From Archangium sp. (GTDB lineage Bacteria > Myxococcota > Myxococcia > Myxococcales > Myxococcaceae), in assembly GCA_046595925.1 (NCBI GenBank), contig JBKJSE010000164.1:15260-79259 (forward strand): DNA of 64,000 nt. The letters are read 5' to 3'. Both the position numbers and the translations under genes were made by a program. Numbering within the stretch: the stretch's first letter is position 1; every line of letters starts with the position of its first letter. Below, in pieces: positions 8,744 through 17,900 of this stretch. The notes under the pieces were generated by a model. That model worked only from the letters and a program-made list of their open reading frames with translations, searched no databases and was not told the origin of the DNA.

Positions 8744-11194
8744 AGGCCCTGACACCGCCCAGCCTGCCTTTCTCCTCACGTGAATCGAGCCCTCTTCCTC
8801 ATCGAGCTGGAAGAGCGAGAGCCACCCCTGGGTGACCAGCGCGCGGACATGGTCGTGCCGGGCCAACACGGCGTCGATGGCCGGTCGCGGTGCCTCGATG
8901 AAGACGCTCAGCCGCAGCGGCGTGTGCACCCACCGCTCACCATCGTGCAGCGACTGCAGGGGCAAGCCGATGCGCAGGTCACCACCATTGCCCTCGAAGA
9001 CGCCCAGGTGACCGCCGACGACGTTGTGCAGCACCTTGTTTCCACTGCCGTAGCGCTCGTTGTCGACGGTGGACGCGTAGTACTGAAAGTTGATCCAGTG
9101 CGTGACGACCATCGGCGCCGTCATGATCAGCTCGAGCACGGCGAAGCCCTTGTCTTCACGGTGCCGATACTCGTGAAGGAACGAGCGCCCCTCGAGGTTC
9201 AGGTGCCGACAGTGCTCACGCGGCGCGACGATGAACGCAGCGTTGTTTGCAAGGCCCCACTCGGCGCGAACCTGGGCCCAGTCTGTGGCGCGCGCGCGGA
9301 CGGCCGCCTTCAGCCCCGAAGCGGTCAGGCCCTCGAGCCCGAGCGAGGCCGCGCGCTCAGACCGCGCGCGCGTACCTGCAGCCAGGAGCCACCTGCGCAG
9401 CGTCTCGACCTCATCGCGATGCGAAGGCGGAACTTCGTCGAGCTCGAACACGACGACGTCGTCCGTGGTCGTGTCGTGAAGAGCCGCGATGAACCACGTA
9501 CTCGAGGGGACGTCGATGCCTCGTTCGATGAGCCCCGCTCTGACGGCGGGCTCATTGAGCAGCGCGGCTGCCACGCGCGCATTCACCTCGCCCGTCTGTC
9601 CGCAGCACGCCCCGCAGTCGAGGCCTGCCGCGTGTGGATTGTTTCGGGTGGTGCTCCCGTGACCCGCCAACATGACCACCCGCGCCAGGCCGCGAGTCAG
9701 GCTCATGCCCCGCAGCATGCCCGCCGCCAGCTCGCACTTCGCCTCGAGGTCGATGCGCTCGCCCGTCACCGAGGCGACCAGGCGCGGCCTTCGCCGGGCG
9801 TCGAGTTCCGCAGACAGCCCCTCGCGGTCGATGCCTCGAGCCCGCTTGAGGTTGAAGGTCTCCTGGAACAGCTCGACTGCGAAGGTGGGGCCGAGCGCTT
9901 CGACGAAGGTGAAGGTCGACACCGCGTCGGTCTTGAAAGAATTCCAGGCCGCTGCCAGGTCGTGGTGGAGATCGCGTCGGGTCTCTGCGTCTTGACCTGC
10001 GCCCGTGTCCGCGGCGCGCAGCCGGGGGGCGAGCAGGCCGGGCAATTGAGGTCGCGCCGACGGGGCACCGAGCGGTTGGTAGTCGAGCGGCAGGCCGAAG
10101 AACCCGGCGAAACCGAGCGTGCGAAGCGAGGGCTCGGTCGCCTCGAGCGCCCGACGAAAGACCTCAGAGCGCACGTCGATGCAGAACACCGCCTGCACCG
10201 AGGGCTGCGTGGAGCGCTCGGTGCGGAAGCCCGAAGGGAACGCGCGCAGAATGGGTTCTCGCCAGGCGATCTCGAGGGCCTCCTGCAGCAGCCAATCTTC
10301 AGGCCGCGCGGCCGCCGCCAGGGCGTCGATTTGCGGCCAGGCCGCCATGGCGACCTTCCAGCGCCGAGCGACCGCGGCGCCGCCACTGCGGTGAAGCAGC
10401 CACTCCCACGCCAGCCGAATCGCCAGCAGCTCACGGACGGTGTCGTCGGCTCGGCTCTCCAGGCGCGCCAGCCAGCCTCGATACGCGCACCACGACGCCC
10501 AGCCGTTCTGGTCGAGGAGCAGGGTCCAGAGGTAGTTCTCCTGCTCGTCTTCAGGCACCTCGAGCGCCGCCAGCGCGACCTCGCAGAGCTCCCGCGCCGA
10601 GGTGGGCAGCGCCTCGCTGGCCAGGCCCTGGGGCCCCAGGCCCATGAGCAGCGCCGGGCTCCGGTCCGTCAGGGCCTGCCGCCGCCAGCTCGCGTACAGG
10701 CCGCCGCTTCGATCGGGCCCCAGCTGGGCTTGCCCCTCATCGAACCAGGCCGCGCAGAATTGACTGATGCTGTTGGTGACGAAGCTGCGCCACGACGGCT
10801 GGCGCACGAGGTCTCTGCCCGCGTCGACGACGTCGACCACCCGGGCGCGGGTGGCCACCGGCGGCTCTTCGTGTTCGAGCAGCTCGTGCAGCCCGGCGAG
10901 CGATTGGGTGGACTGAGCGGCGTCGAGCGCAGCCTGCAGGTGCTCGTCACGAAGTCGACCTTCGAGAAGCGCCTGCCGGAACCACGAGCGGGGCATCAGC
11001 AGGCGCGCTCCCGAGAAAGAACGCAGCTTTTCAGCCACCTCGCTCAGCGGGGCATCGATGAGTGACCAGAACGGATTGACGGCGATGAAACGATCGAGTG
11101 GCCACGTCGGCGCGATGCGCGAGCAGGCCTGCTCCACGGCCTTCTCGAGGCGCTGCCCTCTGGGCGCTTCGACGCGTGATGGAAGAGTGCTCAT
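8735..11194 (-). CDS. dabA: DabA (DUF2309) subunit of the DAB inorganic-carbon accumulation complex
   Basis: 819 aa. Beta-carbonic-anhydrase-like Zn site FCIDVRSE ... HGSTTRNNPHAAGLDCGACCG. Starts 2 nt after the stop of the NuoL-like gene. Confidence 0.9.
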   Translation of the reverse strand: MSTLPSRVEAPRGQRLEKAVEQACSRIAPTWPLDRFIAVNPFWSLIDAPLSEVAEKLRSFSGARLLMPRSWFRQALLEGRLRDEHLQAALDAAQSTQSLAGLHELLEHEEPPVATRARVVDVVDAGRDLVRQPSWRSFVTNSISQFCAAWFDEGQAQLGPDRSGGLYASWRRQALTDRSPALLMGLGPQGLASEALPTSARELCEVALAALEVPEDEQENYLWTLLLDQNGWASWCAYRGWLARLESRADDTVRELLAIRLAWEWLLHRSGGAAVARRWKVAMAAWPQIDALAAAARPEDWLLQEALEIAWREPILRAFPSGFRTERSTQPSVQAVFCIDVRSEVFRRALEATEPSLRTLGFAGFFGLPLDYQPLGAPSARPQLPGLLAPRLRAADTGAGQDAETRRDLHHDLAAAWNSFKTDAVSTFTFVEALGPTFAVELFQETFNLKRARGIDREGLSAELDARRRPRLVASVTGERIDLEAKCELAAGMLRGMSLTRGLARVVMLAGHGSTTRNNPHAAGLDCGACCGQTGEVNARVAAALLNEPAVRAGLIERGIDVPSSTWFIAALHDTTTDDVVVFELDEVPPSHRDEVETLRRWLLAAGTRARSERAASLGLEGLTASGLKAAVRARATDWAQVRAEWGLANNAAFIVAPREHCRHLNLEGRSFLHEYRHREDKGFAVLELIMTAPMVVTHWINFQYYASTVDNERYGSGNKVLHNVVGGHLGVFEGNGGDLRIGLPLQSLHDGERWVHTPLRLSVFIEAPRPAIDAVLARHDHVRALVTQGWLSLFQLDEEEGSIHVRRKAGWAVSGPSD

Positions 11195-11196
11195 GG

Positions 11197-12765
11197 TCAG
11201 GCCTCCAGGGCCGCGGCGGTGGGGAGCGGAAGGGGGGCCTTGCGAGGTGACGTGAGCTCGGGCGGCCAGACGCGGAACATGATTCGGGTGAAGCGTTCGT
11301 CGAGACAGAACCCGGCGAACAGCCCGGGGTAGAGCGCGCGCGCGAGCGGGCCGACCGGGTCGAGCTGGAGCGCCGCCTTCAAGGCGAACAACACCAGCAA
11401 GCCAAAGCTGAAGAGCGCGAGGCCCCAGGGGTTCGTCCTCACGGGCTCGGGCAGCACGAACGCCGCCGCGGCGTGCCCGGCTGCGGAGAGCAGAATCACC
11501 CCACAGATTCGGGCTCCCGTTGCGAAGATCGCCCCCGAGGTGACAGGTCCACGGGCCAGCAAGGGGAGGAGCGAGAGCGCGACGAGCACCATGAGAACGG
11601 GCACCTCATCGAAGCGCAGCGTGCCGAACCGGCTCAGCAAAGCGACGCAGAGCCCCGCCGCACCGACCCCGGCGACGATGGTGACGACGAGGGCCCGCCC
11701 CGAGCGCGCAGGCCGCGGCTTCGCCAGCGACTGGGTTTCCCAGCGTTCGACCGCCGAGCCGGCATTCAAGAAGGCGTGTGCCTTGTAGAGCGAGTGCGCG
11801 ACCAGATGGAGCAGCGCCAGTGACCACAAGCCAAGACCACACTGCACGAGCATGAAGCCCATCTGCGCGCAGGTGGACCAGGCCAGCGACACCTTGACGC
11901 TGACCCGGGTGGTCATCACGAGCGAGGCGACGACGGCCGAGCCCAGCCCGATGACCACCAGGAGAAGCCGGGCGACCTCTGCTCGGTCGAGCCACGGCGA
12001 GAGGCGAATCAGGAAGAAGCCACCGATGTTCACCACCCCCGCGTGAAGCAGCGCCGAGACAGGGGTGGGCGCTTCCATGACCTGAATCAGCCACCCGTGA
12101 AACGGGAGCTGCGCAGACTTCAGCGCGACCGCCAACACCACGAAGAGGGCGGCGATTTCCATCGAGGGGGTCAGCGCGGGCTGAGCACCGACAAAGGCAG
12201 CGATTGCATCGAGGTCGAGGCTGCCGACGCTGCGGTAGACCAGGGTCAGACAGACCACCAGGCAGGCGTCGGCCAGGCGACTGACCAGGAACTTCTTGTG
12301 CGCGGCGATGCGCGCGGCGGGGCGCTCACCGTAGAACGTCAGCAACTGATGCAGCGAAAGGCTGGTCGCCGTCCACCCCAGCGCCACGATCGCCAGGTTG
12401 TTCGCGACGACCAGGGTGGTGACCGCGCCCAGCGTCAGCAACAGCCAGCGGTGGTACCTCACGAACCCCGGGTCGCCGTGAAGATACGTGCGCGAGGCGC
12501 GAATGATGACCACGCCCAGGGCGCCGACCAGCATGAGCATCACGCAGGTGGGCGCGTCGAGGCGAACGCCGAACTTCGTGACGCCCATCGTCGAGTCACC
12601 TCGGGTGAGCACGACCCCGAGCGTGAAGAGAAGCGCCAGACCCAGCGCGATGAGGCCGGCAGCCGGGGCCCGGCGAGGCGACGTGAGGGCGACCCACCCG
12701 AAGACCACGGGGATCGCCATCGCGAGGACGGGAAGGACCGGCAACCAGGGCTCGGGAAGGCTCAT
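11197..12765 (-). CDS. dabB: DabB, NuoL/MnhA-like proton-conducting membrane subunit
   Basis: 522 aa and polytopic. Complex-I antiporter-like motifs (HLVAHSLYKAHAFL, AQLPFHGWL). Tightly linked upstream of dabA. Confidence 0.9.
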   Translation of the reverse strand: MSLPEPWLPVLPVLAMAIPVVFGWVALTSPRRAPAAGLIALGLALLFTLGVVLTRGDSTMGVTKFGVRLDAPTCVMLMLVGALGVVIIRASRTYLHGDPGFVRYHRWLLLTLGAVTTLVVANNLAIVALGWTATSLSLHQLLTFYGERPAARIAAHKKFLVSRLADACLVVCLTLVYRSVGSLDLDAIAAFVGAQPALTPSMEIAALFVVLAVALKSAQLPFHGWLIQVMEAPTPVSALLHAGVVNIGGFFLIRLSPWLDRAEVARLLLVVIGLGSAVVASLVMTTRVSVKVSLAWSTCAQMGFMLVQCGLGLWSLALLHLVAHSLYKAHAFLNAGSAVERWETQSLAKPRPARSGRALVVTIVAGVGAAGLCVALLSRFGTLRFDEVPVLMVLVALSLLPLLARGPVTSGAIFATGARICGVILLSAAGHAAAAFVLPEPVRTNPWGLALFSFGLLVLFALKAALQLDPVGPLARALYPGLFAGFCLDERFTRIMFRVWPPELTSPRKAPLPLPTAAALEA

Positions 12766-12843
12766 GGGCCCTGAGTAGGCCGTTCAGTCCGTTCTTGAAA
12801 AACACATAAATCTGCTCATATCGTTCTTTTCTGGAGATGGCCG
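12766..12843. promoter_or_regulatory. AT-rich divergent control region between dabB and the LysR gene
   Basis: 78 bp and conspicuously AT-rich for this genome. Direct repeats CGTTCTT at 12790-12796 and 12822-12828, 32 nt apart. Confidence 0.4.
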
Positions 12844-13773
12844 ATGAACATCGAGCAGCTCAATTTCCATCACCTCAGGTACTTCTGGGCGGTCGCCAGG
12901 GACGGCAACCTGACGCGAACGGCAGCGCGGCTGCGCGTCGCCCAGTCCGCCCTTTCGTTTCAGATTCAACAGCTCGAGGGGCAGTTGGGAGAGCCGCTGT
13001 TCAAACGGGACGGACGCCGGCTCGTGCTGACCGAGGCGGGGAAGATCGTGCTCGCCTACGCCGAGGAGATCTTCGCGACGGGTGGCCAGCTCCTCTCGAC
13101 GCTCGAGCGAGGCCGACAGCCCGAGCAGGTCTTACGGATTGGCGCGGTGGCGACGTTGTCGCGCAATTTTCAGGAATCGTTCGTCAAGCCGCTGCTCGAT
13201 CAACCCGACGTGCGCCTCTGTCTCGAGTCGGGCGTGCTCGCCGATCTGCTGCTTCGCCTCGAGGACCACGGCATCGATCTGGTGCTCGCCAACCGGCCCC
13301 CCCCGCGTGAGTTCACCGGCCGGGTCCGCTGTCGGCGAATCGCCCGTCAGCCCGTCAGCATCGTCGGGTCGAGGCGGCGCAGAGGCTTTCGGTTCCCCTC
13401 GAGCATCGCCGATGAACAGATGATTCTCCCGGGGCGCGAGAGCGACATCCGCTCGGGCTTCGACGCCTTGTGTGAACAACGGGGCCTGCGGGTCCGCGTG
13501 CTCGCCGAGGTCGATGACATGGCGACGATGCGGCTCGTGGCGCGCGATACGAGGGCGCTGGCCTTGCTCCCCTCGGTGGTGGTTCGAGACGAACTTCGTG
13601 AGCGCGTGTTGCATGAGTACTGCGTGGTCCCCGAGCTGTTCGAGACCTTCTACGCCATCACCGCAGAGCGCAGATTTCAGCACCCGCTCCTCGAGGAAAT
13701 CCTCGCGCGCGACGAGCACGATCTGCTCGCGATGGCCCCGGGGACCGAAGAGAGGCGAAGAAGGAGACCCTGA
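12844..13773 (+). CDS. LysR-family transcriptional regulator (NhaR-like)
   Basis: N-terminal wHTH FHHLRYFWAVARDGNLTRTAARLRVAQSALSFQIQQLE, followed by a LysR substrate-binding domain. Confidence 0.9.
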   Translation: MNIEQLNFHHLRYFWAVARDGNLTRTAARLRVAQSALSFQIQQLEGQLGEPLFKRDGRRLVLTEAGKIVLAYAEEIFATGGQLLSTLERGRQPEQVLRIGAVATLSRNFQESFVKPLLDQPDVRLCLESGVLADLLLRLEDHGIDLVLANRPPPREFTGRVRCRRIARQPVSIVGSRRRRGFRFPSSIADEQMILPGRESDIRSGFDALCEQRGLRVRVLAEVDDMATMRLVARDTRALALLPSVVVRDELRERVLHEYCVVPELFETFYAITAERRFQHPLLEEILARDEHDLLAMAPGTEERRRRRP

Positions 13774-13776
13774 CGT

Positions 13777-14124
13777 TCAGGACTTCTTGACGAACTCCGA
13801 CTTGAGCTGCATCGCGCCGAAGCCGTCGATCTTGCAATCGATGTTGTGGTCGCCTTCCACGAGGTGAATGTTCTTCACCCGGGTGCCGACCTTGAGCGCC
13901 GACGCCGCGCCCTTCACCTTGAGGTCCTTGATGATGGTGACCGAGTCGCCTTCGACGAGCCGGGTGCCGTGCGCGTCTTTGACCACCAGCCCTTCGTCGG
14001 CAACTTCCGTCTTCGTCGCGGCGGCGGGCGACCACTCGTGCGCGCACTCGGGGCACACCAGCAGCGGCCCGTCTTCGTAGGTGAACGCCGAGCTGCACCT
14101 GGGACATGCGGGGAGGTCACTCAC
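13777..14124 (-). CDS. phnA: PhnA/YjdM zinc-ribbon protein
   Basis: GTG at 14124 gives 115 aa. Zn ribbon [25 protein letters not shown] and a C-terminal LKVKG...[18 protein letters not shown], the PhnA signature. The longer track ORF (to 14253) adds a non-homologous extension. Confidence 0.85.
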   Translation of the reverse strand: MSDLPACPRCSSAFTYEDGPLLVCPECAHEWSPAAATKTEVADEGLVVKDAHGTRLVEGDSVTIIKDLKVKGAASALKVGTRVKNIHLVEGDHNIDCKIDGFGAMQLKSEFVKKS

Positions 14125-14166
14125 ACGCAGGCAGTTATCAGCACGCGGAGCGCGTATGAAAGAAGG

Positions 14167-14958
14167 ATGACTGACGCGTTCTTCGTACCCGATGGTGATG
14201 GCTTCTTCCCGCAGGCGCACGCGACCGGTCCGTGGAGTGCGGAGTTCCTCCATGGTGGCCCGCCTTGTGCGCTCGTCACGCGTGGCTTCGAGCGCTCACT
14301 GCCCGATGACTTTCAGTTGGTGCGGGCGACCTTCGAGCTGTTGCGGCCGGTGCCCTTCGCGAAGCTGACCCTGCGCACCGAGGTCGCGACCGAAGGTGAG
14401 AACGCGCGCCGGGGGACGGCGGTGCTGGAGGCCGACGGCAAGCCCCTCATCCGCGCGCAGGTGCTGGCGTTCAAGAAGATGCCGACCGAGCTCGAGCTGC
14501 CGGTCGAGAAGGGGCCCACGCCGCCCGCGGGGCTCGAGCCGTTCGAGTTCGGGTTCTTCCCCGTCGAGGTCGGGTACCAGACGGCGATGGAGATGCGGTT
14601 CGCGCGCGGCAAGCTCGGTCAGTCGCCCGTCGCCGTGTGGATGCGCATGAAGGTGCCGCTGCTGCCCGATGAGAAGCCCTCTCCGTTCGTTCGCACCGTG
14701 TGCGCGGCGGACTCGGGGAATGGTGTTGCGCAGGTGATGGACTTCTCGAAGTTCACCTTCGTGAACGCAGACCTGAACCTGTCGCTGCTGCGGCGGCCGA
14801 AGGGCGAGTGGATCTGCCTCGAGGCGCACACCACGGTGACCAAAGACGGTGTCGGGCTGTCGGACACGCGCTTGTGGGACGAGAAGGGGCCGATCGGCCG
14901 CGGGTGTCAGAGCCTGCTCGTGCGGCCTCGCGTCGCTCCTTCTCCTGAGGAGGGCTAG
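14167..14958 (+). CDS. thioesterase-family protein (double hot-dog, TesB-like)
   Basis: ATG at 14167 ([10 protein letters not shown]...). Motifs HGGPPCAL and a two-lobed hot-dog layout. The upstream part of the track ORF overlaps phnA antisense. Confidence 0.7.
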   Translation: MTDAFFVPDGDGFFPQAHATGPWSAEFLHGGPPCALVTRGFERSLPDDFQLVRATFELLRPVPFAKLTLRTEVATEGENARRGTAVLEADGKPLIRAQVLAFKKMPTELELPVEKGPTPPAGLEPFEFGFFPVEVGYQTAMEMRFARGKLGQSPVAVWMRMKVPLLPDEKPSPFVRTVCAADSGNGVAQVMDFSKFTFVNADLNLSLLRRPKGEWICLEAHTTVTKDGVGLSDTRLWDEKGPIGRGCQSLLVRPRVAPSPEEG

Positions 14959-17900
14959 CGCAGCTCGGCCGCCACGTAGTCGAGGCGAATCAACACGTCC
15001 TCCACCTTGTCGAGCTGCAGCCCCGCGCTCCCCTGCAGGCTCTGCGTCGTCGCGGGAATGAACAGCGTGTAGTCGCCGAACACGCCCCGCCCCGCCAACG
15101 CAGTCGACTGACCGTCTTGATAGTCGAGCCGCTCCAGCTCACGTTGCGCGACGTTGGTGCGGGCCTGCACGGTGGCGAAGCTGTAGGTGCTCGTCTCGCG
15201 CGTATCGGTGAGGCTCGCCAGCACGCTGTCGTTGCCCCAGGTGTTCGCGCTGTACGGGTCGACGAACAGGTTCTGCGAGGGCCGGGTGGTGGCCGATTGC
15301 AGCTCGCCGCCCCCGCTGCAGCGCTGGCTGGCGAAGGTGTTCCGCTTGCGCAACTGCAAGGTGACGATGCTGGTGTTGGTGCCCACCATGAGGCCCTCGC
15401 CCAGCACCGAGGCGTTGATCGACCACACCCGCTCGGAGCAGTTGAGGCCGCTCAAGAGCGGCACGGCGCCGGTATCGCCCAGCCCCAGCGCGGCGAGGGG
15501 CTGCAGAGAAAAGGGGAACTCCTGGCCCAGGTAGCGGCCTTCGGGCCCGTAGACCGCGTACTGCGGCGCGGTGAGCAGCCGCTGCAGCCGCTGCGTCTCG
15601 TCGAGCTGCTGCCCGCCGGGTGACGCGGTCTGGCGGTTGGCGAGCTGCAGCAGGTTGCTCTTGAGGCTGAGCACGGTGATCAACTGCGTGGGGTTGCCGC
15701 CGCCCGAAGGCGCCCCGCGCCGCACCAGGTCGCGCACCCGCCGCAGCGCCTCTTCCAGCTCTGCGGTGGTCTTCGCAGAGAGCGCCTTGCCGCGCTCCAC
15801 GCTGGTGAACTGAAACTCGTACTCAGTGGCGAGGATGGCCAGGTAGAGCGCCCGGCGCGCGCGGCGCATGCGCTGGGTGTGCAGGTCGAGGTTGGAGTCG
15901 AGCCAGAAGTCCACCTGGGCCACGGCCACCTTCCGGTACGCCTCGGCTTCGATCGAGCTGTGCCCGTCGTCGAGCGCGCCCTGCAGCGAGGCCTTGAGGT
16001 TGTTGAATTGCACCAGCGTCTGGCTGAGCGCCTGGGCCTGGCGTCTGATGCGCAACGAGGCGCTGCGCGCGCCCACCAGCTCGATCTCTGCCTCGTTGAT
16101 GCACTGCCGCAGCGCCGTCTGCCCCTCGAGCCGGGTGACCGTCAGCTCGTGCTGGCGTCCGACCTCTTCCATGCGCAGCCCCAGGGTGTCGGCGGTGCTC
16201 TCTGCGACCTGCTGGACCGCTCCGAAGATCAAGCTGCCGACCCACTGCCAGGGATTTTCCAGGCTGAACAGGTCGCGCGCCTTCTGGGCGATCTTCGCCG
16301 TCTGATCAGCGGCGAACTTGGCGTTGGAGAGGCTCGACATGGTCGAGTTGTGCTGCGTGATCGCGCCTTCGATGGCCGCGTTCCCCTGCTGGAGGATGAA
16401 GCAGCCCCGCATCGCGCCGTCATAGCGCTCGCTGAACTCTTCGAGCTCGGCGCGCGCGATGTCCACCTCGGTGGCGGCCCCCATCACGGCCAGCGCGGCG
16501 TCTCCCAGGCTTCCCCGGTAGCAGGCCGGGTCGGGGATCACGTCGTCCGGTACACAGGTGTGCACGGAGCTGCGGCAGATGAGCCCGTTGGGGCACTCGT
16601 CGGTGCTCTGGCAGCTGGTGGGCGTGATGGTGGGCCGGGCACCCAGGCTCGCGGCGCGCATCGAGCCGCACAACGACTCGACCGAAGCGACGGCCGCGCT
16701 GTCGATGCCCGAGGGAATGCGAAGCTCGGGCACCGGCACGCCGTTGTACCCCTGCTCAAAACCTCTGACCAACGAGCTCTCGAAGCTGCTCGAGAAGAAC
16801 GGCTTGGTGGCGTCGTAGGGCACGACGGGCAACGCATCGAGCTGGGCGTCGAGCGCGGCGTCGCCGGTGGTGATGGCGGTGCCGAAGCGCTGGCGCAGGT
16901 TCTGGGCCATGCAGATCTGGTAGCCGACGTCGGCGATGTTCAGTCGATCGGCGTAGTCGACCCCTTCGGCGCGGCAACCCGGGGCGAGGTAGCAACTGTC
17001 GGCGTCCGGCGGGGGCGACACGTCGAGCACGGTGAACGAGTTGTAGTCGCCGCACAGGCTCGAGATTTGATCGCCGTAGAAGCGCTTGATGTCTTCCACG
17101 CGCCGGCTGCTGGCCGCGTTCTCCTGCTGCGTGACGAGATCGCGCTGGAGGATGCTGGTGATCGAGGCGCGCGCGAGCAGCTCGGACTGGCGGGCCTGCT
17201 CGAGCAACGTGGGCGCGATCGCCGGGTCGAGGAGATCCTCTCTGCCCAGCAACGCGTCCGACACGGCCGAGAAGCGGCGGGTGGTCCCCTGCTGGTCTCC
17301 CAGCCGGTACAGCGGCAGGTCGCCGTCTTCGATGCCCAGCGGGTTCTTCCCCTGGTCGAGGTAGTCGAGCTGCTGAAGCAGCCGCGCGGTGGCGGTGCCC
17401 CAGGCGCTGCGCGAGGCCTGCCACTGCAGCTCCCACGCGGGTGTCCCCCCCGAGCGCGCGGCGTCTCGCAGACCCTGGGCTGCGGCGAAGATGACCACGC
17501 TGCGCGGTAGAAAGCGGGCGAGCGAGGCGGCCACCGGCTGCACCTGATCTACCGGCGAGCGCACGTAGAGCAGGTCATCGATCAACCCCTGCATTCCGGT
17601 GAGCTGCTGCGAGAGGGTGAAGAGCATCGTCACAGGCAGGCCCACGCCCTGCTCACCGAGCGGGAAGGTGCTGGTCGAGCCATAGGCCTGGCGGTAGTCG
17701 GGCACGGCGAGCGCATCACCGGGGGTGGCCATCAACGCGGCGCCGAAGCGCGGGTGAAGCAAGAGGTCCCACCCGTTGACGCTGCGCTGCAACGAGGTGA
17801 ACACCAGCTGCCAATCGGAGTACTGCCGCAGCTTGTCGGTCGTCGACCCGGCGGGCAGCAGCGGGGCGAGCGTGTTGAGCCGCCGCGGCTCCATCGCCAC

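Noticed and set aside
8780-11065. 761-aa + strand ORF
   Set aside because: It is antisense to dabA, Arg/Gly/Pro-rich with no motifs, and has the wrong third-position bias. It is a high-GC artefact. The same holds for 12043-12774, opposite dabB.
15879-17510. 543-aa + strand ORF, and 18570-19388
   Set aside because: Both are antisense to the 1532-aa lipoprotein gene. Their Arg/Ala/Gly-dominated composition is typical of off-frame GC-rich translation.
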